Assembly: GCA_964358005.1 (NCBI GenBank)
Contig: CAYHNH010000005.1
Location: 1 to 63,722 of the forward strand
DNA length: 63,722 nucleotides
Source: an uncultured Candidatus Saccharibacteria bacterium
Lineage (GTDB): Bacteria; Patescibacteriota; Minisyncoccia; Phycocordibacterales; PALSA-1337
Direction: 5' to 3'
The position numbers and the translations under genes are program-made. Positions 57,208 through 63,722 of this stretch are shown here, in pieces. The notes beneath the pieces are model-generated. The model did not search any database. It saw only the letters and a program-made list of their open reading frames with translations, and had not been told where the DNA came from. Every line of letters starts with the position of its first letter. Position 1 is the first letter of the stretch.

Positions 57208-57645
57208 GGTGGGTGGCTCGGTGTGGTTTGTGCGCCGTGGGGGGGGTGTCACCCTTCCTTCAGCTCAACTTTTTTTATTTACAATATCAGCAGGATGTTT
57301 TGCTATATGATGCTATATGAGTTTTTGTACGTTTGTACTCCCAAAAGAGCAAGGAAGTTACGTCAGGAACTCTAGCTTGATGTCCTGATCCTAGCCACAG
57401 CATCACATATATCCGTTACTGTATATGAAAATTCCTGTGGTGAAGGAGAGTGATCTCCCCCGGGCCTCGTTGCCGCCGGTGCCGTGGCGGCAACGGTGGT
57501 CTCCTTCAAAAACCCGAAAAGCAATCACGGACAACACCTAAAAAGCATTGTCTAGTTGAATAGGCGCCACAAGGGTTTTTGGCCGACCAAAATATTGTGC
57601 GACACGAAATGACCCCTTCAGATTTTTTGAGGTTTTGAAGGAGGA
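57208..57645 (+). repeat. Intergenic repeat, contiguous B (57208-57510) + A (57501-57645) copy
   Basis: This is the only locus where units B and A are joined. It lies upstream of, and in the same orientation as, the Wzy_C-TPR gene. Contains a G8 run (57239-57246). Confidence 0.8.
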
Positions 57646-57767
57646 ACTCCCACCAACCATTATAGGCCCGCCAGCCGCAGACCCTCTTATTTGTATGCGA
57701 TTTTTTTTACGATTTGCCTGGACGATTCTTGCAAAACGGCCGTTATATTAGTACTCTTACATCCATC

Positions 57768-59954
57768 ATGATTAAAAAGACTGCCAAATTCATATCTACT
57801 ACAGCATTATTCCTCGTCCCCTTATTCGCCCTCATAGTCGCCGATTCGTTCTTCTTCCCGTTCATAACAGGGAAGGCCTTTTACTTCCGCATTCTCGTAG
57901 AGGTCGCTTTCGCTGGCTGGCTCATCCTGGCATTTATGGACGCCAAATACAGGCCGAAGTGGACGCCTCTCACTATCGGAGTCAGCCTTTTTGCTCTCAT
58001 CACTCTCATTGCTGATCTCCTCGGCGTCAACCCGATCCGCAGCCTGTGGTCCAACTTTGAGCGCATGGAGGGCTGGATGGCCATCGTCCATCTCTGGGCG
58101 TTCTTCATCGCCGCCACTGGCATATTCGGCTCAGGGGAGGAAGGCAAGCGCATCTGGCACCGCTGGATCAACGTCCAACTAGGAGTAGCGGTGATCGTTG
58201 CCATCTACGGCATCCTCCAGCTCATGGGAAAGCTCGATATCCACCAGGGCTCGACCCGTATAGACGCCTCACTCGGTAACGCGGCGTACATGGCGGTCTA
58301 CATGCTTTGGAATACCGGCTTGGCCGCGTACATGTTCTGTGTCGCACGCGCTAAGCAGATTGGCCGCTCGGGATTCTTCCAGTGGGCATATCCGATCATC
58401 GCTATCATCTTCGGCTACGAAGTATTCCAGACTGCCACACGCGGCACGATCCTCGGCTTGATTGGCGGCATCATGCTGGCGCTCTTGCTCTACGCCATCC
58501 TTGCTAAGAATGCTTCCAAGTCCAGGCGCTGGTACGTAGTGGGTGTCATCGTGCTCATGCTCGCTCTCGGCGGCGTCTTCTGGGCCAATCGCGACGCGCA
58601 GTTCGTGAAGGATAGCGAAGTGCTATCTCGCATGGCATCCATCTCATGGTCGCAGGCACAAGGTCAGGCCCGCAACTACATCTGGCCGATGGCGGTCAAA
58701 GGCCTCGCGGAGCGCCCTATCCTCGGCTGGGGGCAGGAGAATTTCAATTATGTTTTCAATGCCAATTACGCACCGAAGATGTGGAACAACGAGCAGTGGT
58801 TCGATCGAGCCCACAGCGTCTTCCTGGACTGGATGTCGGCTTCGGGCATCGTAGGCCTTCTCGCATACTTAGCCCTGTATGTCCTATTCCTAGTGATGGT
58901 CTGGAAATCCTCGATGACCATAGGCGAGAAGAGCATCTTGACCGGCCTCATCGTGGGCTATGCAATACACAATATATTCGTGTTCGATAACATAGCGAGC
59001 TACGTCCTGTTCTTCGCGGCTTTAGCTTTTGTGAATTCATTCCGAGAAGGCCGTCCGATAAAGGCGCTAGGAGAGAAGTCCTTGTCTTCCGAAGGTATCG
59101 CCTACATCGCGGCCCCGGCCGTGCTCATAGCGCTCATCGCCGTCCTGTATGCTTACAATGTAAGGCCTATGCAGGCCAATACTAGGCTCATAAAGGCGCT
59201 TAGCGCATGCGCTACGCAAAATCCGAGCGCGGAACTATTCGAGAGCGCGCTCTCCGTCCGCGCCTATGTCGCCAGTCAGGAGATCAGGGAACAGCTCCTG
59301 GCATGTTCCAACCGCGTCCTCACCTCGGATCAGCAGACTGGCCAGGTCAAACAGGTTTTCTTCAATATCACCAAGCAGTCCATCCAGGACCAGATAGCGG
59401 CGACTCCATTCAAGGATGCCCGCATCTATGTGCTCGCAGGCTCATTCATGAATATGATCGCGCGCTTCGAGGATGCTCTACCGCTCTTGGCCCAGGCTCA
59501 CGAGCTGTCGCCGACCAAGCAGAGCGTGAACGTCGAATACGCCACGGCGCTCATCAATAACCGCAAGCCTGCCGAAGCGGTCAAGATACTGGAGGCCGAT
59601 TACGCGGTCACTCCGGAGAACGAGCATGTGAGGGATCTGTACGCTCTTGCGTTGGTCGCTAACCAGCAGGAGGCGAAGGCTAGGCAGATATTCAGCGCCG
59701 AGCCGGAGATGTTCGAGACTATGCAGATGGCGCAGGCTTATACGATAGCCAACCAGCTGGATAAGGCGATCATGGTATATAAGAAATTCCTGGAGAAGAA
59801 TCCGAACGATCTGAACGCCTCAGTGCAGCTGGCTCGCTTGCAATATACGACGGGGCAGAAGTGGGAGGCTGTGCAGACTTTCAGAGCTTTGCAGAAGGCC
59901 TATCCGCAATATAAAGACGCGATAGAGGCGGCTATCCAGGAGGCGAGCAGGTAG
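57768..59954 (+). CDS. O-antigen ligase-like (Wzy_C) polytopic protein with C-terminal TPR repeats
   Basis: About 12 TMs, a large loop with RAHSVFLDWMSASGIVGL, and a C-terminal ~250 aa TPR-like region. The ATG at 57768 is preferred to the TTG at 57714. Confidence 0.8.
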   Translation: MIKKTAKFISTTALFLVPLFALIVADSFFFPFITGKAFYFRILVEVAFAGWLILAFMDAKYRPKWTPLTIGVSLFALITLIADLLGVNPIRSLWSNFERMEGWMAIVHLWAFFIAATGIFGSGEEGKRIWHRWINVQLGVAVIVAIYGILQLMGKLDIHQGSTRIDASLGNAAYMAVYMLWNTGLAAYMFCVARAKQIGRSGFFQWAYPIIAIIFGYEVFQTATRGTILGLIGGIMLALLLYAILAKNASKSRRWYVVGVIVLMLALGGVFWANRDAQFVKDSEVLSRMASISWSQAQGQARNYIWPMAVKGLAERPILGWGQENFNYVFNANYAPKMWNNEQWFDRAHSVFLDWMSASGIVGLLAYLALYVLFLVMVWKSSMTIGEKSILTGLIVGYAIHNIFVFDNIASYVLFFAALAFVNSFREGRPIKALGEKSLSSEGIAYIAAPAVLIALIAVLYAYNVRPMQANTRLIKALSACATQNPSAELFESALSVRAYVASQEIREQLLACSNRVLTSDQQTGQVKQVFFNITKQSIQDQIAATPFKDARIYVLAGSFMNMIARFEDALPLLAQAHELSPTKQSVNVEYATALINNRKPAEAVKILEADYAVTPENEHVRDLYALALVANQQEAKARQIFSAEPEMFETMQMAQAYTIANQLDKAIMVYKKFLEKNPNDLNASVQLARLQYTTGQKWEAVQTFRALQKAYPQYKDAIEAAIQEASR

Positions 59955-59971
59955 AACCAAAGAATCCAATA

Positions 59972-60004
59972 ACGCAAAAGGCCGCCGAGGGCGGCACTTT
60001 GCGT
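59972..60004 (+). terminator. Terminator-like long hairpin
   Basis: ACGCAAA-(A)G-GCCGCC-GAG-GGCGGC-(A)C-TTTGCGT. The T run (TTTTT) comes only 7 nt later. Confidence 0.45.
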
Positions 60005-60109
60005 AGACATTTTTGGAGAGTGCCCACACTGGGTACTCACGGCCGTAGTCTAACACATTAGTAGCGTAAAATCAAGCTGCTGTGTATAATATATGAGGAT
60101 TGTACCAAG

Positions 60110-60175
60110 TGATGGCGACGGCTGTACTCACATTATATTAGACATATTATTTGGAGCTCGCACCCGTCGCCATCA
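60110..60175 (+). repeat. 12-bp perfect inverted repeat in the murB upstream region
   Basis: TGATGGCGACGG (60110-60121) / CCGTCGCCATCA (60164-60175) with a 42-nt AT-rich loop. TATAAT at 60085-60090 upstream. Confidence 0.5.
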
Positions 60176-60253
60176 GTTGGCGCAAACATGACAAAAGAGC
60201 AGGATTGCGGTATCTTTAGTGCCCGCCTGCCGGCAGGCAGGTCCCTAAAATCC

Positions 60254-61270
60254 ATGAAACTACACGAGAATGTGCCACTAGCTCAATATACGACATTCAA
60301 GATCGGCGGTCCGGCCAGATTCTTCTGCGTGGTCATGTCAGGCCCTGGCCTCATCGAGGCAGTGGCTCTAGCCCAGAAGGAGAAGAAGCGCATCCTCGTC
60401 CTGGGGGGCGGCTCGAACATACTCATATCTGATGCGGGGTTCCCAGGCGTTGTTATCAAGAATGAGATCATGGGCAAGGGCATCGTGCCTCTAGGTGATG
60501 GTAAATTCAAGCTGTCGGTCGGGGCGGGCGAGATGTGGGACGAGGTAGTCCAGACTGCGGTGGACAATGGCCTATACGGCATAGAGAATCTCTCGGCCAT
60601 ACCGGGCACTGCTGGTGCCGCTCCGGTCCAGAACATCGGAGCATATGGCTCGGAGGTAGCCGACACGGTATTGTCGGTGCGCGCTCTCGACACCAAGACC
60701 ATGAAGTACGTGGAATTTTCCAATAAGAAGTGCCATTTCGGTTACCGGGATAGCATATTCAAGCACAAGAAGGGCCGCTACATAATCATCCAGGTGGATT
60801 TCAAGCTATCGAAGAACGGCAAGGTCAACATCGGCTACAAGGATCTCAAGGAATATTTTGGCGAGCGCAAAGATCCGTCGCTTCCGGAAGTGCGCGATGC
60901 GGTCATAGACATACGTTGGAAGAAGCTGCCGGACTGGAAGATGTGGGGAACTGCCGGTTCTTTCTTCAAGAATCCGATCATATCCAAAGCGAAATATGAC
61001 AAGCTGAAGGCAGTGCACCCGAAACTGCCCGGCTATCCCGAACCTGCCGACCGCGTGAAAGTACCGCTTGGATGGATACTCGACCATATCTGTCACATCA
61101 AAGGCCACATGGCCGACAACGTCGGTTCATACGAGAATCAGGCTCTAGTCTTCGTCACCAAGCCTGGCGCCACGGCCATGCAAGTCGTCTCTCGTGCCCA
61201 GAAGCTCATGGAGATGGTGGAGCGCGAAACAGGCATCAAGATAGAGGCCGAGGTTGAGTGGGTCAATTAA
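60254..61270 (+). CDS. murB: UDP-N-acetylenolpyruvoylglucosamine reductase
   Basis: LAQYTTFKIGGPARFF...GGGSNIL...NLSAIPGTAGAAPVQNIGAYG. The ATG at 60254 fits MurB N-termini better than 60188. Confidence 0.9.
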   Translation: MKLHENVPLAQYTTFKIGGPARFFCVVMSGPGLIEAVALAQKEKKRILVLGGGSNILISDAGFPGVVIKNEIMGKGIVPLGDGKFKLSVGAGEMWDEVVQTAVDNGLYGIENLSAIPGTAGAAPVQNIGAYGSEVADTVLSVRALDTKTMKYVEFSNKKCHFGYRDSIFKHKKGRYIIIQVDFKLSKNGKVNIGYKDLKEYFGERKDPSLPEVRDAVIDIRWKKLPDWKMWGTAGSFFKNPIISKAKYDKLKAVHPKLPGYPEPADRVKVPLGWILDHICHIKGHMADNVGSYENQALVFVTKPGATAMQVVSRAQKLMEMVERETGIKIEAEVEWVN

Positions 61271-61282
61271 GCCTGATAGACT
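61254..61282 (+). promoter_or_regulatory. Promoter of ABC exporter gene (extended -10)
   Basis: TTGAGT (61254-61259), 17-nt spacer, TGaTAGACT with TAGACT at 61277-61282. The ATG at 61289 lies 6 nt downstream. Confidence 0.55.
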
Positions 61283-61288
61283 CTTGAA

Positions 61289-63046
61289 ATGAAGGATTAC
61301 CTGAAGTCACCCTTTAAGACGTTTTATTTTGCCCTATATCCATATAGGGGCAGATTTTTGGTCATAGTGACCTTGGTGATTCTCGGTAACATCTGTAGCT
61401 ATTCCATGCCTTATTTTTTGAGGCTCATAGTGGACAAAGCCACCGCAACCACTGGAGTCGTAGCCTTTTCTGAGCTGTTCCCGGTTTTTTTATTGCTAGC
61501 AGCGGCCCTCATTCTCCAAGAGCTCTTTTTCAGAACAGGACACATCATCGAGACCTATACCATACCGAACATATTCTCTCATATAACGAGTTCTCTCTAC
61601 GAAGGCCTGATCAGGCGCCCAGCATCTTACTTTGAGAACAAGTTTTCCGGAGATCTAGGAAGGCGCATAGAGCAGATACGTTCATCCGTACTGTTCTTCT
61701 GTGAATTCCCTTGGGAAGCAGGTTGGATCGCCTTATCTCTCATCATGTCGGCTCTGATCTTGAGCACGACCCATGTCTATATATTCGCGACTTTTATGGT
61801 GTGGATGATACTTTTCATAGGGACAACGATACCGCTCGTAATTTGGCACCATAAGGCTTCTGAGAAAGTGGCCTCCACACATGCGGTGTTGAGCGGAAAC
61901 ATCATAGATACGCTTGCCAATGCGTCCCTAGTCCATGTATTCGGGGGAGTGCCGTATGAGCAGCAGCATAATCAACGTGCAATATCCACCGTGGTAGAGG
62001 CAGAGCGCAAGATGCGGTGGATATTCATTCTCAACAAATTCCAGAATGGCATGAGCTTGGCAGTCCTTGGGATATCTCTCACATATGTAAGCGTGCTTCT
62101 TTTTAGCCGTGGGGAATTCAGTGTTGGTGAATTCGTGCTGGTAGCGGCGACCATCCCGTCTCTAATAGGTGTGATCTGGAGCTTCGGTGAGTTTGTCGTC
62201 CGTGTGTCCAGGAATCATGGGGAGCTATCGAATGCCGTGGCGCATCTTCGTGAGGATCAGCAACAGCTCAGTGGTGGAAAGGTTTCCAATCACTCATATG
62301 AGAGCTACCCTATAGAGTTCAAAAAAGTGATTTTCCAGTATCCGAGCACGTCTGGGCCGGTCTTTGACAGTTTTTCCTTGTTCATCAAGCAGGGAGAGAA
62401 GGTCGGCATCGTCGGAACTTCCGGTGCCGGTAAAAGCACACTAGTGAAGCTGCTTTTGAGACAGCATGAATTCAACGGGGGTGATATTTCTATCGCCGGC
62501 ATTCCGATCAGGGATTTCTGTCTGGAGGCCTTTTATAAACTCATATCATACGTGCCGCAGGATACTTCGCTTTTCCACAGGACTCTGTTCGAGAACATAA
62601 AGTACGCGAAGGTGGATGCCACAGACCAGGAAGTATTTGAAGCAAGCAGAAGGGCCAATGCAGATAGTTTCATAAAATCTTTTCCTAACGAATACGAGAC
62701 GATGGTAGGTGAAAGAGGAGTAAAATTATCTGGAGGTCAGAGGCAAAGGATAGCTCTTGCAAGGGCGATACTTAAGAATGCTCCTGTCCTGGTTCTCGAT
62801 GAGGCGACAAGCTCCCTTGATACTGAAAGCGAAACCTCGATACAGGCATCCCTGGCCAAGCTTTTCGAGGGCCGTACCGTCATCGCGATAGCGCACAGAC
62901 TTTCGACACTAAGGGCTATGGACCGCATTGTAGTTTTGGAAAATGGTATCGTCGTCGAAAGCGGCAACCCTCAGGAATTGCTGAAGGAGGAGGGGAGCAT
63001 ATTCAAGAAGATGTGGGAACAGCAGCGGGATGGATTCATCACCTGA
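61289..63046 (+). CDS. ABC exporter, fused permease/ATPase (MsbA/Type I exporter-like)
   Basis: Six TMs, then GTSGAGKSTL, LSGGQRQRIALARA, VLVLDEATSSLD. Confidence 0.9.
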   Translation: MKDYLKSPFKTFYFALYPYRGRFLVIVTLVILGNICSYSMPYFLRLIVDKATATTGVVAFSELFPVFLLLAAALILQELFFRTGHIIETYTIPNIFSHITSSLYEGLIRRPASYFENKFSGDLGRRIEQIRSSVLFFCEFPWEAGWIALSLIMSALILSTTHVYIFATFMVWMILFIGTTIPLVIWHHKASEKVASTHAVLSGNIIDTLANASLVHVFGGVPYEQQHNQRAISTVVEAERKMRWIFILNKFQNGMSLAVLGISLTYVSVLLFSRGEFSVGEFVLVAATIPSLIGVIWSFGEFVVRVSRNHGELSNAVAHLREDQQQLSGGKVSNHSYESYPIEFKKVIFQYPSTSGPVFDSFSLFIKQGEKVGIVGTSGAGKSTLVKLLLRQHEFNGGDISIAGIPIRDFCLEAFYKLISYVPQDTSLFHRTLFENIKYAKVDATDQEVFEASRRANADSFIKSFPNEYETMVGERGVKLSGGQRQRIALARAILKNAPVLVLDEATSSLDTESETSIQASLAKLFEGRTVIAIAHRLSTLRAMDRIVVLENGIVVESGNPQELLKEEGSIFKKMWEQQRDGFIT

Positions 63047-63080
63047 TTTAAGGGACCAGCCAGGAGTTTTAATCTTGCAC

Positions 63081-63209
63081 GAAGAACGGTGGCAGATGTG
63101 AGTTGAAGAACATCTCGTAGGAAATTCCTAGCAAGGAATTTCCGAGATATAGTGCGAGCTCTGCAGAGCTCGACGCGTGTTCTGAGACGCACATCTGCCA
63201 CCGTTCTTC
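63081..63209 (+). repeat. 129-nt inverted-repeat structured element upstream of secA
   Basis: 20-nt perfect arms GAAGAACGGTGGCAGATGTG (63081-63100) / CACATCTGCCACCGTTCTTC (63190-63209). Inner hairpin GGAAATTCC-TAGCAA-GGAATTTCC (63120-63143). 18-nt perfect palindrome CGAGCTCTGCAGAGCTCG (63155-63172). Confidence 0.7.
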
Positions 63210-63285
63210 CTGCGACGTGTTCATCAACCTGAAACCGCTCCCATTCTTCCTGCGGGCGCTCAAATGTGATAAAGTGCCCCTACTT

Positions 63286-63722
63286 ATGTCATTTCTGGAC
63301 AAAATCCGGGGAAAATCGACGACGCTAGGCGTGCGCGCATTCGAGCCAAATGTCGTCAAGATCAATGCCCTAGAGCCTGCCGTGAAGGCGCTTTCGGATG
63401 AGGCTTTGAAGGGAAAGACCGCTGAATTCAGGGCCAGGCTCGCCGTTGTGAAGGGAAAAGCAGGCGATGAAGAGAAAGCCGCTCTCGAGGCCATCTTGCC
63501 AGAAGCTTTCGCCGTCGTTCGCGAGGCCGCGCTGAGGACACTCGGCCAGAGGCATTTCGATGTCCAGCTCATCGGCGGCATGATATTGCACGCTGGGGGC
63601 ATAGCCGAGATGAAGACTGGGGAGGGCAAGACTCTGGTGGCGACGCTGCCGCTTTACCTCAATGCTCTGACCGGCAAGGGCGTCCAGCTCATCACGGTCA
63701 ATGACTACCTGTCACGCCGCGA
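63286..63722 (+). CDS. secA: Preprotein translocase ATPase SecA (5' partial, runs off the window)
   Basis: My own translation from ATG 63286: [10 protein letters not shown]...[57 protein letters not shown]. This is the canonical SecA N-terminus. The ORF is open-ended and absent from the supplied track. Confidence 0.93.
   Translation, partial: MSFLDKIRGKSTTLGVRAFEPNVVKINALEPAVKALSDEALKGKTAEFRARLAVVKGKAGDEEKAALEAILPEAFAVVREAALRTLGQRHFDVQLIGGMILHAGGIAEMKTGEGKTLVATLPLYLNALTGKGVQLITVNDYLSRR

Noticed and set aside
57637-57646. GAAGGAGGAA at the end of repeat unit A copy 2, considered as a possible ribosome-binding site
   Set aside because: It lies ~120 nt upstream of the ATG at 57768 with no start codon at SD distance. 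The other copy reads CGAAGAAGAT, so it is not conserved.

Overview
Densely coding bacterial window: about 60 protein genes, 2 tRNAs and what looks like the last ~48 nt of a 16S rRNA. It uses the standard code, with TGA as a stop. The gene content fits a reduced Patescibacteria/CPR-like or Gram-positive-type genome: DUF5671/DUF5672-like proteins, a LemA-DUF2207 pair, a compact Mur/MraY block and a 16S end not followed by 23S. Taxonomy cannot be proven from this window.
Layout:
- 1-1.7 kb: 16S end, structured trailer with terminator, small ORF, tRNA-Leu, DUF5672-like CDS, tRNA-Ile.
- 1.7-18 kb: housekeeping genes (lemA, DUF2207, pyk, radC, murD, mpl-like, rlmH, an ATE/Bpt-like transferase, mraY, an NlpC/P60-like protein, an ATP-grasp protein, rsmI, a DUF4015-like hydrolase).
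- 18-20.7 kb: a hypothetical gene plus a VirD4/TraD-like ATPase with a Pro/Ala-rich tail.
- 20.7-60 kb: one very large surface-glycan locus. It holds 5 GT4-type transferases, one stand-alone GT-C, a GT2 with a methyltransferase remnant, three GT2-polytopic fusions, 6 SAM methyltransferases, a dTDP-3-amino-3,6-dideoxyhexose operon, a pseudaminic-acid-like operon with two formyltransferase-fold genes, Wzm/Wzt, and a Wzy_C-TPR protein.
- 60-63.7 kb: murB, an ABC exporter and the secA 5' end.
Most notable observations:
- Translation initiation appears Shine-Dalgarno-free. The visible 16S tail lacks CCUCC, and four canonical promoters sit 6-7 nt from their ATG.
- A dispersed intergenic repeat family occupies four intergenic regions inside or at the edge of the glycan locus.
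- Three polyprenyl-phosphate-sugar-synthase-type GT2 domains are fused to large polytopic, GT-C-like domains.
- The nonulosonic-acid pathway is non-canonical.
- Several long inverted-repeat elements lie upstream of housekeeping genes.
No CRISPR array, transposase, integrase or reverse transcriptase was recognised. All family assignments come from motif recognition by eye, not from searches.
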